64,000 bases of DNA, taken from assembly GCA_045863295.1 (NCBI GenBank), contig BTWA01000006.1, positions 128,697 through 192,696 of the forward strand. The letters are read 5' to 3'. Numbering within the stretch: the first letter of the stretch is position 1; each line of letters opens with the position of its first letter. Source of the stretch: Candidatus Hydrogenedentota bacterium (GTDB lineage Bacteria; Hydrogenedentota; Hydrogenedentia; Hydrogenedentales; SLHB01). Below the pieces are notes generated by a model. That model was not told the DNA's origin. It saw only the letters and a program-made list of their open reading frames with translations, and searched no databases. Below, piece by piece: positions 20,274-30,992 of this stretch. Made by a program: the position numbers and the translations under genes.

Positions 20274-22259
20274 GTGTTACGAGTGGTATTGGTTTCTCTG
20301 TTTTTACTTCCCCTCGCCTATTCAGAATTCCCAATGACCTGGCGGCTTGAGGAGCGGCCCCCGTTGGCTAATGTGGTGGGTCCTCTTCGGATTCGGGATC
20401 ATCAGTCGCGCGGCGATGGCGCCTCTCAACCGAGGTTGCCTATTCCTGACGTGCCTGTCCTTGAGCATGTCCGTGGGGTCGCGACGGATGCCGACTGGCC
20501 AACGTCCGAAGCGGCTGTCGCACTACCGGGTGGCCTGGACGGGAAATCGATTACGGCGTCAGCAAAAGATTCCAAGGGCACAACATTCGCCGGTACCGCC
20601 GACGGGTTGTATATTCACAACGGTCAGACCTGGTCCCGCCACGCTACCTATGGAACCAATGGTCCGAGGTCAAACGTCATTTCCGGACTTGCCGTCGATT
20701 CCAAAGACATTCTTTGGGTGACTACGCCGGGGGGCCTCAGCAAGCGGGATCCTGGGGGTGTTTGGACCTCGGTGTTGGGACGGGACGGATTGCCCTGGGA
20801 GGAACTGACGTGTATTGCGCTCGGTGCGGACGACGCCATCTGGCTGGGCAGCACGCGAGGCCTCATCCTGCACACTCCCTATGATAAAGGCAGACAGTGG
20901 TACTACCGGGCGGGGGAACGTTACCTGCCAGGGGACTTGGTGAGTGCGGTGGCAGTGTCGGCCGATGGTAAGAGTGTGTTTGCGAAGACCGACAAGGGCA
21001 TTGGCCGCATCGATTTTGTGCTGAGGACGATGTACGACAAGGCCGAGGCCATTCAGCAACGGTTTGAAGAACGGCATCGCCGTTTGGGTATGCCCTCTCC
21101 TGCCCAATACAAAGACGCTACCTTGCAGGAGTGGACGCATGGCCCGCAGCCCAGCGACGGATTGTGGACCGGCTATCATGTGGCCGCGATGAGCATGGCG
21201 TATTCCGTCACGAAGGAGGAGCGCTATCGCGAGGCGGCGAAGAAGGGTATGGACGCGCTGTACCTGCTGCAGAACGTGACCGGGATCAAAGGGTTGGTGG
21301 CACGGAGCGTCATCGAAATTGGGGAGCCCTACACGGCCGAAGCGGAGAAGCAGGAAAACTGGCACAAAACGGCCGACGGCAAATACATGTGGCGCGATGA
21401 TGTTTCGTCCGATCAAATAGACGGCCACTATCTGGGTTTCTATACCTATTACGAACACATCGCCAAACACGATCCCGAGGAGAAGTCCAAACTTGCGGCA
21501 CAGATCCGGCAGGTGACGGATTACATTGTCGACAATGGGTATACGATTCCCGATTGGGATGGCGAGCGGACCCAGTGGGGCTGGTACGACCCACACCGGC
21601 TTAACAACGAGCCGATGCACTATCTGGAAAGCGGCCTATATGCGCTGATGATCCTGTCGCATTTGAAAGTGGCGTATTATGTGACGGGCGATGACAAATA
21701 CCTGAACGAATTCAAGTCGCTGATTCTCGAGCATGGCTACCTCAGCAACCTATTGTTGGAAAAGAAGTTGTTTCCCGACGAATTGAATCATTCCGACGAT
21801 CAGTTGTCGGCGGTGGCCTACTATCCGATTCTCCAACTGGAGGAAGATCCCATTATTGTAGAAACACTTCATCGTGCTTGCCGGCGCCATGCGCGAATTG
21901 AACTACCGGAGCGGAATTCCTTTTTCGCGTTCACGTATGCGACGCTCAATCCGCAAGATGCCGATGTCGAAGGCGGCGTGCGGACGCTGCGCGAAATGCC
22001 GCTGGATCGCCGCAACTGGGGCATGGTGAATTCACACCGGGCAGATGTGATGATTGCTCCGCGCGACAACCGCGGCGGCAACGACATTCTGATCGAAGTC
22101 CTGCCTGCAGACGAGCGCAATTTCGAGCGATGGAATCAGGATCCCTACGAATCGGATTCAAACGGCGATGGGTTGAACGAGGGATCCGGTGAGCACTATC
22201 TTTTGCCCTACTGGATGGGCCGATTCCACGGGCTGATTGCAGCACCGGCCGGCCAGTAG
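20274..22259 (+). CDS. hypothetical secreted protein with N-terminal beta-propeller (two-component-regulator-propeller-like repeats)
   Basis: Signal peptide MLRVVLVSLFLLPLAYS. It has repeated W-x-x-T/S-x-x-G-L motifs (DILWVTTPGGLSKRD; AIWLGSTRGLILH). The C-terminal ~400 aa are unassigned. Confidence 0.45.
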   Translation: MLRVVLVSLFLLPLAYSEFPMTWRLEERPPLANVVGPLRIRDHQSRGDGASQPRLPIPDVPVLEHVRGVATDADWPTSEAAVALPGGLDGKSITASAKDSKGTTFAGTADGLYIHNGQTWSRHATYGTNGPRSNVISGLAVDSKDILWVTTPGGLSKRDPGGVWTSVLGRDGLPWEELTCIALGADDAIWLGSTRGLILHTPYDKGRQWYYRAGERYLPGDLVSAVAVSADGKSVFAKTDKGIGRIDFVLRTMYDKAEAIQQRFEERHRRLGMPSPAQYKDATLQEWTHGPQPSDGLWTGYHVAAMSMAYSVTKEERYREAAKKGMDALYLLQNVTGIKGLVARSVIEIGEPYTAEAEKQENWHKTADGKYMWRDDVSSDQIDGHYLGFYTYYEHIAKHDPEEKSKLAAQIRQVTDYIVDNGYTIPDWDGERTQWGWYDPHRLNNEPMHYLESGLYALMILSHLKVAYYVTGDDKYLNEFKSLILEHGYLSNLLLEKKLFPDELNHSDDQLSAVAYYPILQLEEDPIIVETLHRACRRHARIELPERNSFFAFTYATLNPQDADVEGGVRTLREMPLDRRNWGMVNSHRADVMIAPRDNRGGNDILIEVLPADERNFERWNQDPYESDSNGDGLNEGSGEHYLLPYWMGRFHGLIAAPAGQ

Positions 22260-22323
22260 CGAAGTTTGTTAACCGGATGGATACTTGAGCAGCCTAAACC
22301 TTGTCATTAAAAGGGGAAGAATC

Positions 22324-23418
22324 ATGGTGCGTTTGTCGATGCTGTCGTTGATATGCATGGCGGGGCTTGCGGCCGTCGCTGATGTCTCAATGGTTCCCGC
22401 CGAACACGGTACGGTGTTCCGTGAAACCGGACGCTTTGGCGGATGGCCCGCGAACAACGGGATCTGGATATGGGATAACGAAATTGTGGTGGGGTTCACG
22501 CTCGGCTACCTGAAAATCGAGGGCGCGACCGGACACCCCATCGATCGCGATCGCCCTTCCGAATCGATGCTGGCGCGCAGTCTGGACGGTGGGGTAACGT
22601 GGAGCATAGAGAAACCTTCGTTCGCTCTGGAAAAAACAGACGGGTCGGACGCCACCGAATGCCCGGGGGGACTTGATTTCACCAATCCCAATTCCGCGTT
22701 GCGGTTTAAAATGAACGTTTTTTACTACTCGCCCGATCGGTGCAAGACATGGCAGGGGCCGTTCAAAATTCCTTCTTTCGATCGCCCGGGGATGCTTGCC
22801 CGCACGGACTACATGGTTCAAGGCAAACACGAACTCGTTGCATTCATGGCGGCGGAGAAAGATGACGGCAAGGAAGGGTGGCCTTGTGCAATCAAGACGA
22901 CGGACGGGGGCAAGACTTGGGAGCTGTTGGGATACATTGGTACCATGCCGGAATCCGGCGGCTACTCCATTATGCCTTCCACGCTGGAGATGAAAAATGG
23001 TTCGTGGCTTTCCATCATTCGGCGGCGCACGCGCATTGAAGGCGGTTCCATCTGGTGGATTGAAGGATACCTTTCTCCGGACAAGGGAAAGAGTTGGTAC
23101 CTGCTGAAAGAACCCTATGTGGACAATCGAGGTAATCCGGCATCGATGATTCGCTTACAGGATGGCCGGATCGCCATGACCTATGGATTCCGTGGGGAGC
23201 CCTACGGCATCCGGGTGCGGTTCAGTAAGGACGAAGGACAGACCTGGGGCCCAGAGCATATTATTCAGGACAAAGGCGGGGACTGGGACATTGGCTATCC
23301 CCGCACCGTGCAGCGGCCGGACGGCAAATGTTTTACCGCCTATTATTTCAATGACGAGCCGGAAGGCGAACGCTATATTGCTTACAGCATTTGGGATCCG
23401 AGTGCGGTGAAGGAATAG
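22324..23418 (+). CDS. BNR-repeat (sialidase-like beta-propeller) secreted protein
   Basis: Five SxDxGxTW BNR motifs: SLDGGVTW, SPDRCKTW, TTDGGKTW, SPDKGKSW, SKDEGQTW. It carries a signal peptide. Confidence 0.65.
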   Translation: MVRLSMLSLICMAGLAAVADVSMVPAEHGTVFRETGRFGGWPANNGIWIWDNEIVVGFTLGYLKIEGATGHPIDRDRPSESMLARSLDGGVTWSIEKPSFALEKTDGSDATECPGGLDFTNPNSALRFKMNVFYYSPDRCKTWQGPFKIPSFDRPGMLARTDYMVQGKHELVAFMAAEKDDGKEGWPCAIKTTDGGKTWELLGYIGTMPESGGYSIMPSTLEMKNGSWLSIIRRRTRIEGGSIWWIEGYLSPDKGKSWYLLKEPYVDNRGNPASMIRLQDGRIAMTYGFRGEPYGIRVRFSKDEGQTWGPEHIIQDKGGDWDIGYPRTVQRPDGKCFTAYYFNDEPEGERYIAYSIWDPSAVKE

Positions 23419-23426
23419 GACAACGC

Positions 23427-25808
23427 ATGTTGTTTCGAGCGGGAATAGTCACACTGGCGATACTGGCGGGATGCGCCGCACAGGCCGTTGAGGTAACCTT
23501 CTCTTGGCGCGGTCTGAACCGCACCTGGATTGGACCGGACTTCTGGGCCAACCGGTTGCAAGACTGGCAGGTCGCGAACGATCGTTTGGAGTGTGTTGAG
23601 GGCGATGCGAAGTTTCCCTATCGCACCGTGCATGCCCTGACGTATCGACTGAGCGATAAACCAGGGAGAGCCACGCTCAAGGCGGTGATTGGCCCAATCA
23701 ATCCGTCCGATGGTGAGATCCTTCCTGGTTTTGCCGGTTTCCTATTCGGTGCAGGAAATTCATCGATTGATCCCCGCTTGACCGCGCTTGTTCATCAACG
23801 GCCGGCGACGGATGGTGGATTGCTGGCTGTGGTCGATCGGGCGGCCCGGATACGGTTCTACGACTTCAGCGTGGACGGCGTCCAAGCGAAGGAATTGGGT
23901 CCGGATGGGGCGGCGGCAGCCCCAGCGATGGCGAACTTGAAGGGAAAGGAAGTACAGCTTGCTGTGGAGATTGTGCATGAAGACAGCGGCATTCGCATTC
24001 ATGCACTTCTCCTGGACGCGACGACCGGCGAGACTATCAACGAACGACGCCTCTCCGGACTGGGATCCGAATTTGCCGATGGCGGGATTGCGCTGCTTTC
24101 GCATCTGGATGGAAGCGGAGCGGATGGCGGATTTTACTTCCGCGAGTGGGCGATGGAAGGCGACAAGATAGCGCATATGCCGGCATTTGCGTTTGGCCCC
24201 ATCATGGCAGTGCAATATACCGTTCAGAATCACCTGTTGAAGTTGACAGCGCAGTCGGTTCCGTTGGGGGCTGGAGACTCTCAGACCGCCGACCTGCAAG
24301 TTCTGGACGCGTTTAAGAATGAGTGGCGGACGGTCGCGACTGCCCATTTGACGCCCTTGAGTTGTACCTTTCCTTTTCGGGTCGAAAACTGGGATAGCCA
24401 GACGTCACAATCGTTTCGCATTCTCTATCCGCTTTCCGGCGATGGTGGGACCGTGCGATCGGCAGCCTATGAAGGAACCATTGTGCTGGATCCTGTTGAG
24501 CGGGACAACTTCGTGGTCGCGGCCTTTACGGGACACAAATGCTTTACGGAACAGTGGCATTGGAATCACAACGGCATTTGGTTTCCCCATCGCGAGGTCG
24601 TCGATGGTGTCGCGCATTTCAGACCCGATTTGCTTTTCTTTTCAGGCGACCAGATTTATGAAGGTGACTTAACTCCTCCCGATCGACGCAGTCTCGACAA
24701 GTCCATGCTCGACTATTTGTACAAATGGTACCGGTGGTGTTGGGCTTTTGGCGAACTTTCCCGGACTACGCCGTGCATTTGCATTCCTGACGATCACGAT
24801 GTGTATCACGGCAACATCTGGGGTGCGGGCGGGCGGCATGCGGAGAAACAAGACGACGGCGGCTACACCATGCCCGCCGAGTTCGTGAATGCCGTGCAAC
24901 GCACTCAGACTTCGCACCTGCCTGACCCCTATGATCCCACGCCGGTAGAGCAGGGAATTGGCGTCTATTACACTGCGCTAAACTATGGCGGTGTCAGTTT
25001 TGCGGTAATTGAAGATCGGAAATGGAAGAGTTCTCCCACGGTGGCTGCGCCTGAATGTCAGTTTGTGAATGGGTGGCCGCAGAATCCCGATTGCGATCCC
25101 GTAACCGATGCGGATGTGCCTGGCGCGGAGTTGCTTGGAGAACGGCAATTGGCGTTCCTGGATACGTGGGCCACGGACGGTGCGGGCGTCTTCAAGGCTG
25201 TTCTTTCACAGACTATATTTGCCAATGTTGCGACTCTTCCCGGCGGCGCCATGGGCGATCAGGTGTTACCCAAAACACCCATGTATGCGCCTGACTTCTA
25301 TCCCACCGATTGGCAGTTGGCGGAGGACGCGGATTCCAATGGATGGCCGCAGACGGGACGCAACAAGGCGTTGGAGGCCATGCGCAAGGGTCACGCGGTG
25401 CACATCGCAGGCGACCAGCATTTGGGTAGCGTAATCCAATACGGTATTCGCGAGTTTGGGGATGCCGGGTATGCGTTCTGCGTGCCTTCGATTGCCAATA
25501 CGTGGCCGCGCCGCTGGTTTCCGCCGCAGCCCGGCGCGAATCCTCTCCCCCATTCCCCCCGGAATACCGGCGATTTTCTGGACGGCTTCGGAAACCGCAT
25601 GACTGTTTTCGCGGTGTCGAATCCATCCCTAACCGGGGTGGAGCCGGTCGCGTTGCACGATCGCGCGCCAGGTTACGGGATCGTGCGATTCGACAAGGCG
25701 GCGAAGACAGTCACTTTTGAATGTTGGCCTCGATCCAGTAATCCCACGCAGCCGGACGCACCGCAGTACCCGGGTTGGCCCGTTACGGTGAAGCCGTTCG
25801 AGGACTAA
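23427..25808 (+). CDS. PhoD-like metallophosphatase with large N-terminal extension
   Basis: PhoD-family motifs FSGDQIYEGD and IPDDHDVYHGNIWG. It has a signal peptide. The N-terminal ~330 aa are extra beta-rich sequence. Confidence 0.6.
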   Translation: MLFRAGIVTLAILAGCAAQAVEVTFSWRGLNRTWIGPDFWANRLQDWQVANDRLECVEGDAKFPYRTVHALTYRLSDKPGRATLKAVIGPINPSDGEILPGFAGFLFGAGNSSIDPRLTALVHQRPATDGGLLAVVDRAARIRFYDFSVDGVQAKELGPDGAAAAPAMANLKGKEVQLAVEIVHEDSGIRIHALLLDATTGETINERRLSGLGSEFADGGIALLSHLDGSGADGGFYFREWAMEGDKIAHMPAFAFGPIMAVQYTVQNHLLKLTAQSVPLGAGDSQTADLQVLDAFKNEWRTVATAHLTPLSCTFPFRVENWDSQTSQSFRILYPLSGDGGTVRSAAYEGTIVLDPVERDNFVVAAFTGHKCFTEQWHWNHNGIWFPHREVVDGVAHFRPDLLFFSGDQIYEGDLTPPDRRSLDKSMLDYLYKWYRWCWAFGELSRTTPCICIPDDHDVYHGNIWGAGGRHAEKQDDGGYTMPAEFVNAVQRTQTSHLPDPYDPTPVEQGIGVYYTALNYGGVSFAVIEDRKWKSSPTVAAPECQFVNGWPQNPDCDPVTDADVPGAELLGERQLAFLDTWATDGAGVFKAVLSQTIFANVATLPGGAMGDQVLPKTPMYAPDFYPTDWQLAEDADSNGWPQTGRNKALEAMRKGHAVHIAGDQHLGSVIQYGIREFGDAGYAFCVPSIANTWPRRWFPPQPGANPLPHSPRNTGDFLDGFGNRMTVFAVSNPSLTGVEPVALHDRAPGYGIVRFDKAAKTVTFECWPRSSNPTQPDAPQYPGWPVTVKPFED

Positions 25809-26462
25809 GTGATAACCCCGTCGTCTCGCAAACTTGAAGTAATCCGGCTTGAGGGTCTTGTACCCTACCCAAAGGCCTATGAACTGCAGGTAGCACGCAG
25901 GAAAGCCGTGGAGCGGGGCGAAGTGGGCAACGCATTGTTTCTTTTGGAACACGAACCGGTTATCACGCTTGGGCGCAATTTTCAGACGCAAAATCTGCTT
26001 TTCGATCGAGAGACACTGCAACGGCAAGGCATTGCGGTCGTTGAGGTAGATCGCGGCGGCGACGCTACCTACCATGGTCCCGGGCAATTGGTCGCGTATC
26101 CGATTCTGAATTTAAGGTATTGGCGGCAGTCCATCCGATGGTATTTGCGGGAACTGGAGCAGGTGTTGATCGATCAGCTTGGGGATTATGGCCTTCCGGG
26201 GGAGCGATTAGAAGGATTGACGGGAGTATGGGTGGGCGGTGCGAAAGTGGCGGCGATAGGTATTGGCATTCGAAACTGGGTCACATACCACGGAATCGCG
26301 CTCAACGTGAAACCCAATCTGGAGCATTTTTCGTTCATCATTCCGTGCGGAATCGCGAACAAGCCCGTGACCTCGTTGGAGCGTATGATCTCCCCCACCA
26401 TTTCCATGGAGCAGTGCGTGCTCGATTTTCAAGCGTGCTTTGTCAATCGATTTGGTGTGTAG
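25809..26462 (+). CDS. lipB: octanoyltransferase (lipoate-protein ligase B)
   Basis: LLEHEPVITLGR....RGGDATYHGPGQLVAYPIL matches the LipB core. It starts with GTG directly after the preceding stop codon. Confidence 0.85.
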   Translation: MITPSSRKLEVIRLEGLVPYPKAYELQVARRKAVERGEVGNALFLLEHEPVITLGRNFQTQNLLFDRETLQRQGIAVVEVDRGGDATYHGPGQLVAYPILNLRYWRQSIRWYLRELEQVLIDQLGDYGLPGERLEGLTGVWVGGAKVAAIGIGIRNWVTYHGIALNVKPNLEHFSFIIPCGIANKPVTSLERMISPTISMEQCVLDFQACFVNRFGV

Positions 26463-26591
26463 CCCGTGCCGACTCTCACTACTCTATTCTGCGTGAATTG
26501 AGATCCTGTTCACGGCGTGCCAAGTCGATTCAATGTATGCATATTCCGTTGGAAACGTGGGCACTCTTCTCGCCAATCAGGATACAGAATC

Positions 26592-27095
26592 ATGAATTCA
26601 CCTATACCAAGCCTTACTGTGCGTTTGGCTGGACCGGCCGATCATCCCCGCATGGATCAAATTCGCCAAGCCGCATTTGCCCCCGTTTTTGCTTCCTTCC
26701 GACAAATTCTGGGAGATGAGATCTATGCCTTGGCGCAGGCCAGGGAGGACAATGCACAGGGCGATTTATTGCGATCGCTTTTGGAGCCGGACTCCGGTTG
26801 GACTGTCTACGTTGCCGTTCGCGCAGAAGAGCTCGTTGGATTTGTCTCGATACGACTGAACGAGGAAACGAAAATGGGCGAAATTGGCCTGAATGCGGTT
26901 CATCCGGACTACACCGGCCGAGGCGTTGGCACTGCAATGTATCAATTCGCGGTGGAAAAGATGAAGGAATCCGGTATGCGCGTAGCGACGGTCGCAACGG
27001 GCGGCGACCCGAGCCATGCGCCCGCGCGAAGGGCGTATCAAAAAGCCGGATTTACGGCCGAGATTCCCAGTGTCTGGATGTGTCGCTTGATCTAA
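26592..27095 (+). CDS. GNAT-family N-acetyltransferase
   Basis: The acetyl-CoA binding motif region VHPDYTGRGVGTAMY (Q/RxxGxG/A) is present. Length 167 aa. Confidence 0.7.
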   Translation: MNSPIPSLTVRLAGPADHPRMDQIRQAAFAPVFASFRQILGDEIYALAQAREDNAQGDLLRSLLEPDSGWTVYVAVRAEELVGFVSIRLNEETKMGEIGLNAVHPDYTGRGVGTAMYQFAVEKMKESGMRVATVATGGDPSHAPARRAYQKAGFTAEIPSVWMCRLI

Positions 27096-27112
27096 TCCCG
27101 GCAACCGCACTC

Positions 27113-29347
27113 CTATTGCGGTGCGGCGGGATTCGACAAGGCAAACTCGACTGAATCGATCGAACTAATATCCAGCGGTGTATACCATGAGTAAACGGCC
27201 ATTCCACCGCCGGAATATGCATGATTTTGATGACTCGCATTGACAGGCAATTCCTTACCGCCACGGTCATAGGCCGCGATTTTCGTTTCCTGCTGACTCA
27301 AGCCCTTCACGGTTAGCACGAAGGTTGATCCGGATTCCAAATCATCGTCGCTTGCACTCAATTTAATTTGACCGTTCGTATAAGCCGAAATGCCATCAAA
27401 TCGCTTTCCCGTGTAGGCAACCAACTCCGCTTGGGCCGGCGCAAATTGATCGGACACGTGGCTGCCTGTCCGGCCGTGAATAGCAAATCGCATCGGCGGC
27501 AACTTTTTTGCAGGTACGGTCTGAATGGAAGGCAATTTGACATCCTCAAAACAGAATCGTCTCTCTTCATGAAGCGGGTACAGCTCGACCCGCGCGATCG
27601 CTTCCGGCGCCACTTCGAATTCATGGATATGCGTTGGGCCATTGTCGATAGCCACAAAGAAATCGCTCCAATGCCGTTTGCCCATTGTGTCGACCACACA
27701 CAATTGATACCGCTTTCCTGCCAGTGCTCTCATAGGGTCATCAAGATCCACAACAATGTTGGAGCTTTGGGGATCGCCATTGGATTCGCCCCACTCGACA
27801 TCGCCGTTGGTTCGCATCTTATAGCCAGTCGTGCCCCCGTGGATTTCGCGCAAACGAACTTTCGCGGATCCCAATCGCGCACTGCTTCCTGCGGATCCTT
27901 TCAATACCGCATCCGGATCCGACGGCCGATGGCGCACCCGGAGCCAGATATCCAGCGACGGCGGAAGGGATCCCTGGATGCACATTAACTGAATCGTGCG
28001 GCCAACGAGGCGGTACCCGGCAGCATTCGGTCTGCCACTGTTCAGAAGCGTTCGGGTGGCATGATCAAATACCCGCAATTCCGTGATATCGAAGACATCG
28101 GCGACCGGACCAATTTGTATGGAGGCAATATCCACCGCATCCAGGATTTGCTTGTCCGGTGATGCGCCGTTCCAGGCAGCCGCGAACGGATTACCGTCGC
28201 CGTCTTCGACGAGCGGTTGACCACCGATATTCCACCGGACAACTTTGTCGATCGTGAACTGTGTTGGCCCTAACGTGAATTCATTCGCCGTGGTGGATGG
28301 CGCTTTTTCGTATGCGGCTTCATCGCCTGCAATGCCGCTCGAGAATACCGCAGAACAAGCGAACAGTAAGAGAAATGCCGTGGAGATTGAAATTACTTGT
28401 ACACGATTCGGGTGCGCTGGGGCCTGGAGCGTCAACTTTCGTAAACGGGCAACAAGATGCGAACGCCGGGCCATGGGAAGCGCCAAACGAATTTGACTGT
28501 GATGCAAAGCCACCTGAGCCAGCGCCCGGCGGTAGTCCGAGGCCGATCCCAGAGCACGTGCCGCGGTTTCATCGCACGCTTCTTCGCACGCCTGGCGATG
28601 GATGCGCGCCATGTGCCACAACATTGGATAGAACCATGCGAGGGCACATGCAAATTCAAACACAACCGACCATTGCAGGTCCCTTTGTTTTAGATGTGCG
28701 CACTCATGCAGGAGGACAGCCGTGAGGTTGCCGCTGGTACCTTTGGTTTCAGGCACGATTATGACCGGACTCCAAATCCCGGCAATTGCAGGCCCGCCTT
28801 CCGCGATCTGGATTCGTGGAGTTGAATGAAGCCCGATTCGTCTTGCCAGGACGCCAACGTGATTCAAGAGCGCCGCGTCGGCGAGGTGACCTGATCGGGC
28901 GCAGCGCTCGGTCGCTGCGATAGCAGCAATCGTCCGCGAGAGGAATACGATGGCTCCCGTTATCCAGATTCCAAGCAGCCCAAGTCTCCAATCGAACTGG
29001 CTTTCAACAGGCGGGGCGCCTTGCAGCGGGAACGCGCTTTCAGACGACACTGCCCTCGCTGGCACGTCCTCGGAGGCCCGATCCGGCTGAACGGCAGCGA
29101 AGGCCCTCTTGCCAACGCCGGCATCCGAAGGCAATTCCACTCGATAGGTGTACTCCGGTACGAGCAGCACGACAAAAGGATAACTAATGACAGCAAGCAA
29201 AGAGATTCGCAACGCGGTGACACGCGCCGCCGGATGCCAATGAAGTATCAGGATGTTTGCGATCCAACACATGATAATCAGCGCGGAGAACTTGATGAGG
29301 ATCAGGGTCCATTCGGGCATCATCGCCCAAGCAGCCAGCCAATTCAC
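27113..29347 (-). CDS. BlaR1/MecR1-type M56 peptidase signal transducer with ~450-aa extracytoplasmic C-terminal domain
   Basis: Four N-terminal TM helices. The HExxH zinc motif HECAHLKQRD occurs in the M56 context. The large C-terminal domain is unassigned. GTG start overlaps the blaI stop (GTGA). Confidence 0.75.
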   Translation of the reverse strand: MNWLAAWAMMPEWTLILIKFSALIIMCWIANILILHWHPAARVTALRISLLAVISYPFVVLLVPEYTYRVELPSDAGVGKRAFAAVQPDRASEDVPARAVSSESAFPLQGAPPVESQFDWRLGLLGIWITGAIVFLSRTIAAIAATERCARSGHLADAALLNHVGVLARRIGLHSTPRIQIAEGGPAIAGIWSPVIIVPETKGTSGNLTAVLLHECAHLKQRDLQWSVVFEFACALAWFYPMLWHMARIHRQACEEACDETAARALGSASDYRRALAQVALHHSQIRLALPMARRSHLVARLRKLTLQAPAHPNRVQVISISTAFLLLFACSAVFSSGIAGDEAAYEKAPSTTANEFTLGPTQFTIDKVVRWNIGGQPLVEDGDGNPFAAAWNGASPDKQILDAVDIASIQIGPVADVFDITELRVFDHATRTLLNSGRPNAAGYRLVGRTIQLMCIQGSLPPSLDIWLRVRHRPSDPDAVLKGSAGSSARLGSAKVRLREIHGGTTGYKMRTNGDVEWGESNGDPQSSNIVVDLDDPMRALAGKRYQLCVVDTMGKRHWSDFFVAIDNGPTHIHEFEVAPEAIARVELYPLHEERRFCFEDVKLPSIQTVPAKKLPPMRFAIHGRTGSHVSDQFAPAQAELVAYTGKRFDGISAYTNGQIKLSASDDDLESGSTFVLTVKGLSQQETKIAAYDRGGKELPVNASHQNHAYSGGGMAVYSWYTPLDISSIDSVEFALSNPAAPQ

Positions 29348-29727
29348 CGTTGGTCTCCTTCGTCATCCCGATCAGGGCCATCGCCGTACGCGATACGCCT
29401 TATCTCTTCCATATCCTCCGCACTGAGTTTCTCCGTCTTTACGAAATGCGCTAGCAAGCGCTTCGTGGATCCATTGGCAAAGGCGTCTGCCATCGCGCGC
29501 AGGGATTCTTTAAATGCTTTGTCCCGGCGGGTCTTCGCTTTGTAATAGTAAGCCTTGCCCACCTTGCGCCGCGTTACATGTCCCTTTTCGAGCAGAATGG
29601 CCAAATACGATCGCAGTGCGGAGTTCTGCAACCTTCGAGGCAGCAGGTCCTGAATTTCCGACGGCTTCAACTCATTATGATTCCACAGTACTTGCATGCA
29701 CTGCAGTTCGCCAGGAGTAAATCGCAT
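29344..29727 (-). CDS. BlaI/MecI/CopY-family transcriptional repressor
   Basis: Winged-helix N-terminus (LQCMQVLWNHNELKPSEIQDLL) with a C-terminal dimerisation helix. Length 127 aa. The ORF track's longer version would run into purK and was trimmed to Met104. Confidence 0.75.
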   Translation of the reverse strand: MRFTPGELQCMQVLWNHNELKPSEIQDLLPRRLQNSALRSYLAILLEKGHVTRRKVGKAYYYKAKTRRDKAFKESLRAMADAFANGSTKRLLAHFVKTEKLSAEDMEEIRRIAYGDGPDRDDEGDQR

Positions 29728-29849
29728 AGTGCCGTGCTCCGTTACCGCCTTATATGCAGTATAGTCTGCACATTCTGGGGCGTCAAGAAGTTTCTGCAGA
29801 CTACTCTGCACATTATCGGGGATACGGCTGGGAATCGAAAAGGACAGGT

Positions 29850-30992
29850 CTAGGCGCGGTGGATGAGCGTTTCTCGCGCGGCGAGCACGGCATTCTTCGC
29901 CGATTCCACGGACTGGGCAAGTGCCGTGAGGTGGCCCATCTTGCGTCCGGGCCGGGCTTCGCGTTTTCCGTAGAGATGGATCTTCACGTCGGCCATGGCG
30001 CAAGCGGCCGCCCAGTCCGGTTCGCCGTTTACCCACAAATCGCCAAGCAGGTTGACCATGGCGGCGGGCCGCAGCAGCCCTGGATTACCGAGCGGCAACC
30101 CGCACACCGCGCGGAGTTGTTGTTCAAATTGGCTCGTGACCGCAGCATCGAAAGTCAGGTGTCCCGAATTGTGGGGCCGCGGAGCCAACTCATTGACTAG
30201 CAACGTTCCTGATCGGGTCAAGAAGAACTCAACGCACAACACGCCGACAACCTCAAGCTTTTCCATGATGCCCCGGGTGATCTCTACAGCGTCTTTCGCC
30301 ACGGTTTCGGGTACCGGCGCGGGCGATACCGTAACATCAAGAATGTGATTGGCATGGGTATTTTCAAAGATCTCGTGGCTGACAAACGTGCCGTCCATCC
30401 CGCGCGCGCCGATGACCGAGAGTTCACGTTCGAAATCGACGAACTGTTCCAGTACGGACTCCTGCTCTCCCACGGCTTTCCATGCGGATGAAAGGTCACT
30501 TCCGTCGAGAATCTTGGACTGGCCTTTTCCGTCGTACCCCCAACCTGCGGTTTTGAGCACGCACGGGCAGCCATTTGCGGCAATTGCCGCCTCCAGTTCC
30601 TGCATGGAATGGATATGCGTGAATTCGGGCACAGGAAAGCCGTTGGACTTCAGGAATGTTTTTTCGCGCAAGCGATGCTGGGTGACATGGAGCACCGAAC
30701 CTGCCGGGCGCACGGGCGCGCGGCCCTCGGCTGTCTCAGCCGTGATTGCGGGCACATTCTCAAACTCGAACGTCACGACATCCACGTTTGCCGCAAAGTC
30801 ACGCACCCGGTCCAGGTCGTCGTATTCGCCGCAGACTTCGACATCGGCGACTTGTCCGGTGGGTGTATCGTAATCCGGCGAATAGGTATGAACGCGATAT
30901 CCCATGCGGCGTGCCTTGAGGGTAAACATGCGCCCCAATTGGCCGCTGCCCAAGACCCCGATTGTCGACCCGGGCAGAACAATGGGGGTCAC
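29850..30992 (-). CDS. purK: N5-carboxyaminoimidazole ribonucleotide synthase
   Basis: ATP-grasp enzyme. The N-terminus [12 protein letters not shown] and overall PurK colinearity are present. It has a 4-nt overlap with purE. Confidence 0.9.
   Translation of the reverse strand: MTPIVLPGSTIGVLGSGQLGRMFTLKARRMGYRVHTYSPDYDTPTGQVADVEVCGEYDDLDRVRDFAANVDVVTFEFENVPAITAETAEGRAPVRPAGSVLHVTQHRLREKTFLKSNGFPVPEFTHIHSMQELEAAIAANGCPCVLKTAGWGYDGKGQSKILDGSDLSSAWKAVGEQESVLEQFVDFERELSVIGARGMDGTFVSHEIFENTHANHILDVTVSPAPVPETVAKDAVEITRGIMEKLEVVGVLCVEFFLTRSGTLLVNELAPRPHNSGHLTFDAAVTSQFEQQLRAVCGLPLGNPGLLRPAAMVNLLGDLWVNGEPDWAAACAMADVKIHLYGKREARPGRKMGHLTALAQSVESAKNAVLAARETLIHRA

Noticed and set aside
20670-21620. 316-aa minus-strand ORF inside the 20274..22259 gene, plus similar long antisense ORFs such as 908..1498, 15338..16135 and 16396..17238
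   Set aside because: They are Arg/Pro/His-rich and lie entirely within better-supported genes on the other strand. I judge them GC-content artefacts.
29728-30036. Upstream extension of the blaI ORF (Arg-rich, 103 codons)
   Set aside because: It would overlap the purK coding region by ~190 nt in another frame. The BlaI homology begins only at Met104.
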